Below are positions 18,571 through 28,449 of a DNA stretch of 64,000 bases, in pieces. Each line of letters begins with the position of its first letter. Position 1 is the first letter of the stretch. This DNA is from an uncultured bacterium. Lineage in GTDB: Bacteria; Patescibacteriota; Minisyncoccia; Phycocordibacterales; PALSA-1337. The stretch spans positions 298,405-362,404 of the forward strand of contig OY969557.1 in NCBI GenBank assembly GCA_963701025.1, read 5' to 3'. The notes under the pieces are model-generated. The model saw only the letters and a program-made list of their open reading frames with translations. It made no database searches and had not been told where the DNA came from. A program made the position numbers and the translations under genes.

Positions 18571-19047
18571 AAGGTCTCTTAATATAACTTTCTTAGATTC
18601 ATTGGGTTTCTTGTGTTTTTTGATTTCTGACTTTCTAAAAATCGCCTGTTTTAGCTTCAAAAGTTCGGCGAAAAGTAGAGAGGGAGTTGATGTTATTATA
18701 ACCCCATCGCTAACCTCGAACCGAGACCAGAAGAAGCCGAGCATGTGGCGTTTCAATGTTGGCGAAGCTTTCTGATACGACCTGTAAATATCTCTCGTAA
18801 AGAGCAGAATGGCCTGTGCCTCGTCAATCTTTACTTCCCTGCTCCGTTCCAAGTCAGATAATTTGCCGTCAATACGCTTTAATTCTGCGACAACCTCTTT
18901 TCGCTTCTCTGAGAACTCGTCGTCAGAGATGACTTTGTCGAAGAGCTTGTTTTGCATGACATTATAGCGTGCATCAAAAGCTGTACGCTGATTGACAAGA
19001 GCCTGCCTCTTTTTGTCATATTCTCTGCGGAATCTGAACATCTTCAC
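18529..19047 (-). pseudogene. C-terminal fragment of a large serine recombinase (integrase remnant) overlapping the tRNA-Asn 3' half
   Basis: It lacks an N-terminal catalytic domain. Its tail (KASPTLKRHML...SDG...ELL) is homologous to the C-terminus of the intact recombinase at 59131-60597 (KASARYLQVDDQEKRHML...). The sequence is AT-rich, and the last 14 codons are antisense to the tRNA. Confidence 0.55.
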
Positions 19048-19093
19048 GAGATGGACTTCGGTTCGTCTCTTTTTTATTTCCCCACTATGACCC

Positions 19094-19369
19094 TCACCCC
19101 AGCATGAGCCGTATGGTTGCGCGACAGATGTCGGAGACGAGACCGGCGACCTGCTTATTGTTATCCTCGATCCTGACTTTGGTATTATTCTTGGGAAAGA
19201 AGACGAATTCGCCCTCGATGTAGGCTATCTTCTTGCCGTCCATGCCGAAAGCATCGTTGCCGGAAAAGTAGGCGATCTTCGCGCCGGTGCGGTCGAAGAT
19301 GTGGTCGCCTTCGATCCATCCGATCTTGATGCCGTCGCGCTTGATGTCATTATTGACTATTTGGATCAT
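19094..19369 (-). CDS. Hypothetical small protein with three internal G-x-KIAY-x-x-G repeats
   Basis: At 91 aa it shows no recognizable family, but the repeat structure and host-like GC support it as coding. Confidence 0.4.
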   Translation of the reverse strand: MIQIVNNDIKRDGIKIGWIEGDHIFDRTGAKIAYFSGNDAFGMDGKKIAYIEGEFVFFPKNNTKVRIEDNNKQVAGLVSDICRATIRLMLG

Positions 19370-19402
19370 GGCTACAGTATAGCATCCAAGTCGCGGCCTT
19401 TT

Positions 19403-21550
19403 CTACTTCACCAACCCGTAATCCAGAGTCTTCTTGTCGAGATCGGCCGCCAGGACCTTGAACTTGACGGGGTCGCCGAGGGTGAATCTCTTCTTTGTCT
19501 TTTCTCCGGTGATGGAGTAGGTCTTATCGTTGAAGACATAATAGTCGTCGCCGAGATCGCGCATGCCTATCATGCCTTCTGATTTGGTTTCCTTGTCCTC
19601 GACGTATATGCCCCACTTGGCCACGCCGGAGATGACGCCGGCGAAGGCTTGTCCCACGCGAGAGCTCATGTATTCGACCTGCTTCAATTTCTTGGATTCG
19701 CGCTCGGCGATGGCGGCGTCGATCTCGCGCGCGGTCGAACTTTCGGCTATATGCTGGAAGGTCACGATATCGCGGTCGGCGAAGGGTTCATTATGGAGGT
19801 GCTTGGCTAGAACGCGGTGTACGAGCAGATCTGGATAGCGCCGGATCGGGGAGGTGAAGTGAGTATAGAAATCGAAAGCCAAACCGAAGTGCCCGACATT
19901 CTTGGTGGAGTAGACGGCCTTCTGCATGGATCGGATGGCGGCAGTGCGGATGAGAGATTCGTGCGGCGTATCTTCGACCTGGTCAAGCAGGCGATTTAGA
20001 TCACGGGCTGTGACTGTCCCATCTTTGCCTATACGGAGATCATAGCCGAGGGCTTTGGCGAAGGAGGCAAGATCTTTCATCTTATCCTTGTCAGGAGTCT
20101 CGTGGATGCGATATATGGCGCCCGTATCGCGTTTTCCTTTCTTCTTTATGGAATCAAAAATATATCTTGCTACTTCACGGTTGGCCAGGAGCATGAACTC
20201 CTCCACGAGCTTGTGCGTGTCGAGTCGCTCATATGAATATACGCCGACTGGCTTGCCGTCTTTGTCTAGGCGGAACTTGATCTCTTCTTGTTCGAATTCG
20301 ATCGCTCCCTTTGAGAATTTGTCTTTCTTCAATATCTTGGCCAGGCGATTCAGGGCTAGGAGCGGCTCGCGGTGCTTCATGCCTGCCTCGGCGGACGCGG
20401 CAGTCTGTATGCCTTTGGAATATTTTTCAACATTGACCGCAGCCCCGTCGATGACGGATTGGGCGGTCTCATAGGTGAAACGATGGTCGGAATTCATGAC
20501 CGTCCGGCCGAACCAGCGCTCGTGTACATGAGCCTTGTCATCCATGATGAATATAGCCGAGAAGCTCAATTTATCCTCGCGCGGATTGAGACTGCAGACG
20601 TCGTTGGAAAGGATCTCGGGAAGCATGGGAATGGTGCGGTCGACTAGATATATGGAACAGCCGCGCTTGACCGCTTCTTTGTCTAGTGCGCTACCTTCGC
20701 GGACATAATGTGACACATCGGCGATGTGGATGCCGATCTCGTAGAAAGGTTTGACAACATTGGAATCGACGCCGAATTTCTTTGATTCCTCACTGGAAAG
20801 CAATCTGAAAGAGATCGCGTCATCAAAGTCTTTGGCATCAAATGGGTCAATTGTAAATGTGAGCGTTCCTCGAATGTCTCGGCGCTTGGCTATCTCTTCT
20901 GGCGTTATCTTCTTCTCGATCTGTCCGATGCTTTTGGCCTCTTTTTCCACGGCGGACGGGAATGCCATCTCGAATCCCCTTTCGAGGACGATAGATTCCA
21001 TCTCGACGTTGTTGACGCCCTTCTTGCCGAGGATCTTCAATACCTTTCCCTCCGGCAATTTCTTTGGATCAGTCCATGGCGAGATCCTGACAAAAATCTT
21101 GTCGTCTTTTTGGAGCGGCTTGCCATCATCCTTCCGCTTCTTCACTTCATCAGAAGAGATCGAAATATTCACATACATCTTCTTGCTGTCCGGAATGACG
21201 ATACATGTCTGTCCGCCGGACGAATTGCCTTTAGACGCGTTGGAAATAGATTCGAAGTCGACTATGCCCACGAATGTCTCCTTTGCCCGGTTGATGATGC
21301 GCGTTATCGTTCCAACTTTCGTCTTGACGCCGCGGATATTCTTTTCGCTCACGCTAAACTCCACCGTATCGCCATTCAACGCGGTGTTGAGAGCCCCCTC
21401 TTCGATATATACGGAATCCTTTTTCGGATCGGGATCATCTATGTAGCCGGCTCCTTTGCGGGTGGTCGAAACCACGCCTGTAAGAATCCGTTGTCGGCTA
21501 TCATTGTGTGGCCTTTTATCGTTTAAAGGCGTTTTATGAGACGTTTTCAC
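19403..21550 (-). CDS. rnr: Ribonuclease R (RNB-family 3'-5' exoribonuclease with cold-shock and S1 domains)
   Basis: At 715 aa it has an RNB catalytic domain and a C-terminal S1 domain. Confidence 0.93.
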   Translation of the reverse strand: MKTSHKTPLNDKRPHNDSRQRILTGVVSTTRKGAGYIDDPDPKKDSVYIEEGALNTALNGDTVEFSVSEKNIRGVKTKVGTITRIINRAKETFVGIVDFESISNASKGNSSGGQTCIVIPDSKKMYVNISISSDEVKKRKDDGKPLQKDDKIFVRISPWTDPKKLPEGKVLKILGKKGVNNVEMESIVLERGFEMAFPSAVEKEAKSIGQIEKKITPEEIAKRRDIRGTLTFTIDPFDAKDFDDAISFRLLSSEESKKFGVDSNVVKPFYEIGIHIADVSHYVREGSALDKEAVKRGCSIYLVDRTIPMLPEILSNDVCSLNPREDKLSFSAIFIMDDKAHVHERWFGRTVMNSDHRFTYETAQSVIDGAAVNVEKYSKGIQTAASAEAGMKHREPLLALNRLAKILKKDKFSKGAIEFEQEEIKFRLDKDGKPVGVYSYERLDTHKLVEEFMLLANREVARYIFDSIKKKGKRDTGAIYRIHETPDKDKMKDLASFAKALGYDLRIGKDGTVTARDLNRLLDQVEDTPHESLIRTAAIRSMQKAVYSTKNVGHFGLAFDFYTHFTSPIRRYPDLLVHRVLAKHLHNEPFADRDIVTFQHIAESSTAREIDAAIAERESKKLKQVEYMSSRVGQAFAGVISGVAKWGIYVEDKETKSEGMIGMRDLGDDYYVFNDKTYSITGEKTKKRFTLGDPVKFKVLAADLDKKTLDYGLVK

Positions 21551-21590
21551 TGGGCAATGACTATATCACTTCTGCTATAATATCTCCATC

Positions 21591-21809
21591 ATGTCCAAAA
21601 AAACATCGGTTACTGTCTGGGTCATCTTGGGGATCGTCTTTATCATAATCGCGATCTATTATTGGATAACTCCGGCTGGTTCTCTGGCCTCGTTCGTTCC
21701 CGGTTTCGAACCGGGCGTGATGGCCGTCCATTTCAAGCACGGTCTGGCTTCGCTCATCCTCGGTCTGGCGCTCTTCGTCTTCGCCTGGTTCAATGGTGGG
21801 AAGAGGTAG
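21591..21809 (+). CDS. Hypothetical small membrane protein (2 TM)
   Basis: At 72 aa it has two hydrophobic helices and fills the gap between rnr and uppP. Confidence 0.4.
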   Translation: MSKKTSVTVWVILGIVFIIIAIYYWITPAGSLASFVPGFEPGVMAVHFKHGLASLILGLALFVFAWFNGGKR

Positions 21810-21810
21810 A

Positions 21811-22698
21811 TTACCTCACCATCACGATAGACACCACCCCAAACACCACGCAGTACAACGCGAACGGCATGAGGGTATGGCTCTTGAAATACTTCGTCAA
21901 AAACTTCACTGAAAGATACGCCGCAATTGCCGAAGCGAATGCGCCGGCGATGATTGGGCCCAACACATTAGATTGCCCGGACAAAGCAAGTTCGGATAAT
22001 TTTAGAACGGCGGCCGCGAAAATAACAGGCGTGGCCAGAAGGAATGAAAATCGCGCCGCGGCTTCATGGTCGAGACCGACTAACAATCCGCCACCGAGAG
22101 TGGCGCCAGTGCGGGAAAATCCGGGAATGAGGGCTAGACATTGGGCGATACCGATCTTAATTGATCGAGCCCATGTAAGTTTAGCTGCTCTACCGTCCAC
22201 ATTCATCTGATTTTCATTGGCATCGGCCGCTACTTGAGTCGCCTTCTTTGGAACCTGGCGCCGCCTCTTATACATTTCCATACCCCACAAAAGCACGCCG
22301 TTGCACACGAGAAAGATCGCGGCGAAACGGGGCGAAGCGAAAAGCGCTTGGAATGATCTTTCGAAGAGGATGCCGACTATGCCGGCTGGGATAGTTCCCA
22401 CTACTATGAGCCAGCCAAGCTTGGCATAGCTATCGTCCTCTCGGATGATCCTCTCCCTCAATGAACGAAACATGCCGGATATAATCTTCAGCCAATCCTT
22501 GGCGAAAAAGCCGAGAAGGACGAGAGCGGTTGCCAGATGCGTCGCGACCAAGAAAGCCAGGAAAAAATCGGCTCCTTGATCTATATGCCAACCGAACAAA
22601 CCCGGCAATATGACGCTGTGGCCTAGGCTCGAGACCGGAAACAGCTCCGTGGCTCCCTGAATGAGCCCAAGGACAAGAGCTTGGATGTATGTCAACAT
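21811..22698 (-). CDS. uppP: Undecaprenyl-diphosphatase (BacA/UppP)
   Basis: It has the ELFPVSSLGH and PGFSRTGATL motifs. The start was chosen at MLTYIQALVLG, and the 66 upstream codons look like spurious extension. Confidence 0.9.
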   Translation of the reverse strand: MLTYIQALVLGLIQGATELFPVSSLGHSVILPGLFGWHIDQGADFFLAFLVATHLATALVLLGFFAKDWLKIISGMFRSLRERIIREDDSYAKLGWLIVVGTIPAGIVGILFERSFQALFASPRFAAIFLVCNGVLLWGMEMYKRRRQVPKKATQVAADANENQMNVDGRAAKLTWARSIKIGIAQCLALIPGFSRTGATLGGGLLVGLDHEAAARFSFLLATPVIFAAAVLKLSELALSGQSNVLGPIIAGAFASAIAAYLSVKFLTKYFKSHTLMPFALYCVVFGVVSIVMVR

Positions 22699-22929
22699 GG
22701 GCGCATTGTAGCACGGAGACCGAGAGGCTATAATAGCTCTACTCATGTCCCCGAAAAGCCTCATCTGGATCGGCGTATTTATCGGCTCGACTGTGGGCAG
22801 TTGCGTCCCTCTCTTGTGGGGAGGAAGCCTTCTCGGCGTCAGCTCTATCGTATGGAGCACGATCGGCGGATTGGCGGGCATCTGGGGAGGATTCAAACTG
22901 TCGAAAATGATCTGATCTCTTCACGACCG

Positions 22930-23616
22930 ATGCAATCTCCCGTCACAACCATCAGAGAGCGTTACACCGCCGCCATCCACGACAAGGGTTTCGGCATATC
23001 CATCGCCGTGGGTATCATTCTCTTGGGGGCTTCTCTCGTCTTCAATTATTTCGCGGCCATATACGCAACCGAGCGCGCTTCGGCGGCCGTAGCCGACATC
23101 ATCCTCTCCAACATACCGGTCTTCGACGTAGACTGGATATTCGTCTTCGGGCCGTTCTTCTTCATGGTCATCATGGCCTGCATCGGCCTGTGGCATCCGA
23201 AAACGCTACCATTCGCAATAAAGAGCGTCGCCGTATTCGTCATCATCCGTTCGAGCTTCATAATGCTCACGCATATCGGGCCGTTCCCCGATCACGCCAT
23301 CATCGACGGCGGCACTCTGCATTTCCTAAACTTCCTGTCTATCAATCCGAATTCATTCCTCTTCTCCACCGGTGCTGACTTGTTCTTCTCCGGACATACC
23401 GGACTGCCCTTCATGCTATCCCTCGTATTCTGGAAGCATCGCCTGATACGGATATTCTGCCTGGCTTGCTCGATATTCTTCGGCATCATCGTCCTTATGG
23501 GGCATCTGCACTATTCTATAGACGTGGCTTCGGCCTTCTTCATCTCCTATACGATATTCATCATAGCCACCAAGGTATTCAAGAGGGATTGGAGCAGGTT
23601 GCTTATGGCTTTTTGA
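22930..23616 (+). CDS. PAP2-superfamily membrane phosphotransferase, sphingomyelin-synthase-like (PAP2_C) motifs
   Basis: It has 6 TM and motifs STGADLFFSGHTG and HYSIDVASAFFISYTIFIIA, which match the SMS/PAP2 D3/D4 consensus (SGHT; HYxxDV). The start was chosen at the internal Met at 22930. Confidence 0.6.
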   Translation: MQSPVTTIRERYTAAIHDKGFGISIAVGIILLGASLVFNYFAAIYATERASAAVADIILSNIPVFDVDWIFVFGPFFFMVIMACIGLWHPKTLPFAIKSVAVFVIIRSSFIMLTHIGPFPDHAIIDGGTLHFLNFLSINPNSFLFSTGADLFFSGHTGLPFMLSLVFWKHRLIRIFCLACSIFFGIIVLMGHLHYSIDVASAFFISYTIFIIATKVFKRDWSRLLMAF

Positions 23617-23690
23617 CCTCCGGCTTGACTTATACACAGAAGCCGCGCGGAAATCATGGTCGAAATTTGATATAATCAAGCCAATCACCC

Positions 23691-24054
23691 ATGCAAGCCC
23701 CGAAACCCTATCGCGAAGAGCGGCCGTGGGGGGCGGAATTGTGGGTTAGCCGTGATAAACCTTCCATGGTGAAGGTTCTTACCGTTAATCCGGGACAATC
23801 CTTGAGCCTCCAATATCACGAAAACCGTGACGAGTTCTGGCATGTTCTCTCCGGTACTGGCACCGCTACGGTCGGAGACCAGAAGATTAGCTCTAAATCC
23901 GGGAAGTGACCGATTTGTGCCGCGCGGAACCCGGCACAGATTGGAAACGGGAGATTCTACTCTCGTCATCCTGGAATTGGCCTTCGGCGAGTTCGACGAG
24001 GATGACATCGTCCGCCTGGAGGATCGTTACGGCCGCACCACGAAAAAGACCTAG
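23691..24054 (+). pseudogene. PMI-type cupin (mannose-6-phosphate isomerase type II C-terminal-like cupin), frame interrupted by 1-nt indel
   Basis: ORFs 23691-23909 and 23827-24054 join into one cupin (RPWGAELWV...GQSLSLQYHENRDEFWHVLSGTGTATVGDQKI | ALNPGSDRFVPRGTRHRLE...ILELAFGEFDEDDIVRLEDRYGR). An extra A near 23889 causes the break, which is either a sequencing indel or a true frameshift. Confidence 0.7.
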
Positions 24055-24082
24055 CGAGTATCTATAGCATCGGCATATTCAC

Positions 24083-25186
24083 ATGGATCAAACCGTCCCC
24101 ATTACCACTTCGATCGTCGCTTTTGTCGTCGCGCTGGCAGTGTTCGTCTATATCATCTGCAGACGATGCCGGAGCCCGAAGAGAGAACGGCATATCCGTG
24201 CTCGCCGACCTACGGACAGACCGATGATCTCGCCTCTGGCGCACAGCGAATGGGAGACTCAAGGGACATTCAATCCCGCGGCCATAACGGATGACGAGGG
24301 GAGAGTCCATATCCTATATAGGGCTATCGGCAATGACGGCATTTCCCGCATAGGCTATGCCTCGAGCGGAGATGGTGTGCGCGTCGACGGGAGATCTTCT
24401 TATCCCGTCTTCGCCATGAGCGTCCCCGACCGCGAACTACAACCGGGCACCCGGAGATATGATCCCATCATGTACGCCTCGGGAGGATCGTGGGGAGGTA
24501 CGGAAGATCCGCGGATGGTCCGGATCGGCGACCGGGTCTATATGACGCTGACCGCTTTCGAAGACTGGGGAAACATGAGGATAGCATTGACATCCATCGC
24601 TCTCGAAGACATGAAGAAGCGGCAATGGAAATGGCGCCGCCCCGTTTTCATCTCGCCAAAGAATGCCCGGAGTAAGAACTGGGTCATATTCCCGGAAAAA
24701 GTGAACGGCAAGTACGCCATCCTGCACGGCATTTCCCCGAACATATTGATAGCCTATACGGACAGTCTCGACATCATACCTGCGTTCGCGAGCTCGCCAG
24801 ATCATGGCGGATACGGATACCATGACCGTAGTCGCGAAAAATACTGGGATTCGACCGTCAAAGGCGCCGGGGCGCCCCCGTTGAAGACGAAAGACGGCTG
24901 GCTCCTGCTCTATCACGCCATACACGAGAATAGATACAAAGTCGGGGCCATGTTGCTCGACCTCCATGATCCGACCAAAGTCCTGTATCGCTCGCCCGCG
25001 CCGATATTATTCCCAGAGATGCCTTATGAGAACGACGGCAAGCCGAATATCGTCTACGCCACCGGAGCGGTCGTGAAGGGCGATGATCTCTATATCTACT
25101 ACGGCGGCGGCGACAAACATGTCTGTGTGGCGCAGATGAATCTGGATGAATTGCTCGGCTGGCTGAAGAAATACGGGAAGAATTAG
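24083..25186 (+). CDS. GH130-family / COG2152 glycosidase-like protein (beta-mannoside phosphorylase family), N-terminal TM anchor
   Basis: It has the 5-bladed beta-propeller signature GTFNPAAITDDEGRVHILYRAIGNDGISRIGYASSGDG. Its C-terminal blades GAPPLKTKDGWLLLYHAI are typical of the GH130/DUF377 fold. Confidence 0.65.
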   Translation: MDQTVPITTSIVAFVVALAVFVYIICRRCRSPKRERHIRARRPTDRPMISPLAHSEWETQGTFNPAAITDDEGRVHILYRAIGNDGISRIGYASSGDGVRVDGRSSYPVFAMSVPDRELQPGTRRYDPIMYASGGSWGGTEDPRMVRIGDRVYMTLTAFEDWGNMRIALTSIALEDMKKRQWKWRRPVFISPKNARSKNWVIFPEKVNGKYAILHGISPNILIAYTDSLDIIPAFASSPDHGGYGYHDRSREKYWDSTVKGAGAPPLKTKDGWLLLYHAIHENRYKVGAMLLDLHDPTKVLYRSPAPILFPEMPYENDGKPNIVYATGAVVKGDDLYIYYGGGDKHVCVAQMNLDELLGWLKKYGKN

Positions 25187-25227
25187 AAATTAGATTAATT
25201 AGGTCAATTAGAAATTCTCTTTCCCCC

Positions 25228-27141
25228 ATGTTCACCGTCACCCGTTCTGAGCATAACCCCATACTGTCGCCCAACGAGGAACACCCCTGGGAAGCGGCCG
25301 CGGCGTACAACGGATGTCCCATTGTCGCCGGCAAGAAGACCTATCTCATATACCGCGCCCTGTCGGAGCCGCAACTCCTGAAGGAGCCGCGCATCCGCAT
25401 GTCCGTCATCGGCCGGGCTGTTTCCAACGACAACAAACATTACGGCGAACGACGGATATTGGTGAGCCCGGACAAGGACTTCGACCGTTACGGCTGCGAA
25501 GACCCGCGCGTGACCAAGATCGGCGGGTCGTATTACATCGTCTATACGGCTCTCGGAGGCTTCCCCTTTTCCGCCGACAACATCAAGGTGGCCGTGGCCA
25601 TAAGCGACGATCTCGAGACTGTGCGCGAAAAGCATCTCATCACTCCTTTCAACGCGAAAGGGATGGCTTTTTTTCCGGAAAAGGTGAATGGCAGATACGC
25701 CGCCATCCTAACGGTCAACACCGACCGGCCGCCATCAGACATATGCTATGCCGAAGCCGACCGCATGGAAGACTTCTGGTCCCCGGCTTTCTGGGAAGAA
25801 TGGACGAAGAACCTGGACTCCCACAAGATCCACATACGCCGCCTGTCCAGCGACCATCTGGAGATGGGCGCCGTGCCTTTGAGGACCGACAAGGGTTGGT
25901 TGCTGGTCTATTCGCATATACAGAGATACGGACATAGCGATCAGGTCTTCGGAGTGGAATCGGTGCTTCTCGACCTCAACAACCCGCGCACCGTCATCGG
26001 ACGCACCAAGGGGCCGTTCATGGCCCCGGAGACGTATTACGAACAGACTGGGCTGGTGCCGCACGTTGTCTTCCCCACTGGCGCGCTCATACGCACAAGA
26101 CTCGGCGTCGAGCGGCTGGAGATATACTACGGCGCGGCTGATACGTTCTGCGCCATGGCCGCCATACCGCTCGACAACCTTCTGCGAAGTATAACAGGCG
26201 TCGAAGAGAAGAAGATCGTCCGCTTTCCCGGCAATCCCATCATCGCTCCCCGACCCGGCTTCTTCTGGGAAGAAAAAGGCACCATCAATCCCGCGGCCAT
26301 AGATCTTGGCGGAAAGGTTCACCTTCTCTATCGCGCGGTGTCGGATAAGAATGTTTCCACCCTAGGTTACGCGTCGTCGCATGACGGATTGTCCATCGAC
26401 GAGCGGTCGGACAAGCCGGTCTACCGGTCACGCCTGCCCTTCGAGATGAAACCGGGAAGCGACCGGGATTTCGGTTGCGAGGATCCGCGGATCATGCGGA
26501 TCGGCGATCGGGTCTGCATGACCTACACGGCCTATGACGGCACGACGCCGCGGGTGGCATTCTCATCCATAGGAACGGAAGATTTTCTGGCGAAGAAATG
26601 GGGTGCCTGGTCGGAACCGCGGGTCATCACCCCTCCGGGAGTGGCCAACAAGGACGCCGCCATCCTGCCAGAGACGGTCAACGGAAAATACATGGTCTTC
26701 CATCGCGTACACGAGAGCATATGCGCTGATTTTCTTTCATCCCTGGATTTCACCACCGAGACCGTCGATGAATGCATCGAGATCTTCGATCCGAGGCGCG
26801 GCATGTGGGACGGGGGTAAAGTCGGCATATCCGCCCCGCCGTGGAAGACCAAGAACGGCTGGCTTCTCCTCTATCACGGCGTCTCTTGGTCTACGACTTA
26901 TCGTGTCGGAGCGGTCCTACTCGATCTCAAGGACCCCACTGTCGTCCGGGCTCGCACGGCCATACCGCTCTTCGAACCGGAAGAGGAATACGAGCGCAAG
27001 GGCATGGTGCCGAATGTCGTCTTCCCCTGTGGATTGGTCGTGCGCGGCTCCACGGCCTACATGTACTACGGAGCCGGCGACAGCGTCGTCGGCGTGGCGA
27101 CTGTAAAAGTGTCGACTATATTGAAGATGTTGGAGGTATGA
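25228..27141 (+). CDS. Tandem-duplicated GH130-family glycosidase/phosphorylase-like protein (two complete propeller domains)
   Basis: At 637 aa, residues 1-320 and 330-637 each repeat the pattern of the preceding gene (FNAKGMAFFPEKVNGRYAA...; GTINPAAIDLGGKVHLLYRAVSDKNVSTLGYASSHDG...; WKTKNGWLLLYHGV). Confidence 0.65.
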   Translation: MFTVTRSEHNPILSPNEEHPWEAAAAYNGCPIVAGKKTYLIYRALSEPQLLKEPRIRMSVIGRAVSNDNKHYGERRILVSPDKDFDRYGCEDPRVTKIGGSYYIVYTALGGFPFSADNIKVAVAISDDLETVREKHLITPFNAKGMAFFPEKVNGRYAAILTVNTDRPPSDICYAEADRMEDFWSPAFWEEWTKNLDSHKIHIRRLSSDHLEMGAVPLRTDKGWLLVYSHIQRYGHSDQVFGVESVLLDLNNPRTVIGRTKGPFMAPETYYEQTGLVPHVVFPTGALIRTRLGVERLEIYYGAADTFCAMAAIPLDNLLRSITGVEEKKIVRFPGNPIIAPRPGFFWEEKGTINPAAIDLGGKVHLLYRAVSDKNVSTLGYASSHDGLSIDERSDKPVYRSRLPFEMKPGSDRDFGCEDPRIMRIGDRVCMTYTAYDGTTPRVAFSSIGTEDFLAKKWGAWSEPRVITPPGVANKDAAILPETVNGKYMVFHRVHESICADFLSSLDFTTETVDECIEIFDPRRGMWDGGKVGISAPPWKTKNGWLLLYHGVSWSTTYRVGAVLLDLKDPTVVRARTAIPLFEPEEEYERKGMVPNVVFPCGLVVRGSTAYMYYGAGDSVVGVATVKVSTILKMLEV

Positions 27142-27226
27142 AAAGAAACAGCAAAACAGAGGCGTGAAAAAATAAGTATAAAAAAAGCGACGCTATGAGG
27201 GCGCCGCTAGGGTCGGTTATCGGAAG

Positions 27227-28339
27227 TCAGACGAAGTACGGTTTGCAGAGTTCGAGGATCCTGAAGCTACGCGTCTGGATCGGCTCTTCCTTCACCACGT
27301 TCCATACAGCCATCTGCTTATCCGGATCGATTCGAGCCAGAGTGACGGCGTCCTCGAATGCGAGGCTCTCTTCGCCTCCGGGAGTTGGGTGACGAAGCAA
27401 CAGCTTTAACGATTCATGGAGCAGTTCCAGCGATAAGAGCGCGTTTAGCAGTTCTGAATGCTCATTCGACAACCGACAAAGGCCATTGAAGCCGTAACAT
27501 TGGCTACTAAGCAGTGCTCGCATGACCCTCGAGACATTCATCAGACCATAGTTCCCGCCACAATGCTTCTCGACGAACTCCCGAAGCTTGGGGTTCTTGA
27601 TGGCCCGTTCTTCCAGGAATTCCATGTCAGGACGAGGGATTATCGGAGGCCGATTTGGCACAGAAGGCTCGACAACAGTCCTCATCGCCACCATAGGTTG
27701 AGCCAATGGCTTAAGCACTGGCACCGGCACTGGTGCCGACTTTCGGGCCGTAGTGAAACGCGCTATCGTAGCCGGCGACGCTGGTTCGATGGGCTTTTTG
27801 ACGCCATTTGTGGCGTTTTTGAGCAGGCCTCTCGGCAATCTTGACGCCGCAACGGGCGAAAGACTATTCGCGACGACGCGTAAGCGCGTTCGAGAACGAG
27901 CCTCTGCCAAGGCCGCGGATTGCCGCGCCTCTTGGACTTTTCCATCCAGAGGTCGAGTGGCAAGCTCCCAACTGATCCGATCATTTTCATCGCCAAAAGC
28001 GGAGAAGACCGTGATACCGTCAATCGGCGAACGATCTACAAGGATGATGTGTCCGGATTCGAACTGTCTCCTGGTATCCCGATCTTCGCAGGTCATCCTG
28101 AAAGGCATATATCGCTCGTTGGATGTGGGTTCATACTCGAGGACGATCAATTTCCCTTCCTGCGGAGCTTGGGCACTAAACTGCTTGAGATTTTGGGAAG
28201 ATTGGACGATGGATACAAATCCCGCCCTTTCCAAAAGGTCGGTGAGTTCGGAGGCACAATCGCCATCCGTGCCTCCCGAGACTTGTACGGATACGACTTG
28301 CAGAGCGACCGTCTTGGCCGCTGATTTCTTCTTTTTCAT
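27227..28339 (-). CDS. Hypothetical two-domain protein with Pro-rich linker, no recognizable family
   Basis: At 370 aa it has an N-terminal roughly 140-aa domain, a Pro/Ala-rich linker (PVPVPVLKPLAQP...PNRPPIIPRP) and a C-terminal roughly 130-aa Cys-containing domain. It is embedded antisense within the mannose cluster. Confidence 0.5.
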   Translation of the reverse strand: MKKKKSAAKTVALQVVSVQVSGGTDGDCASELTDLLERAGFVSIVQSSQNLKQFSAQAPQEGKLIVLEYEPTSNERYMPFRMTCEDRDTRRQFESGHIILVDRSPIDGITVFSAFGDENDRISWELATRPLDGKVQEARQSAALAEARSRTRLRVVANSLSPVAASRLPRGLLKNATNGVKKPIEPASPATIARFTTARKSAPVPVPVLKPLAQPMVAMRTVVEPSVPNRPPIIPRPDMEFLEERAIKNPKLREFVEKHCGGNYGLMNVSRVMRALLSSQCYGFNGLCRLSNEHSELLNALLSLELLHESLKLLLRHPTPGGEESLAFEDAVTLARIDPDKQMAVWNVVKEEPIQTRSFRILELCKPYFV

Positions 28340-28449
28340 AAATCAAAAATCTTTCATTTTGAGGACATATGCCGGTCATATATCCAATGGTTTCCTGCAA
28401 AGACGCTACCATAACGGGCTTGACGGCGCAATCATAAGCCGGCTTTTTC

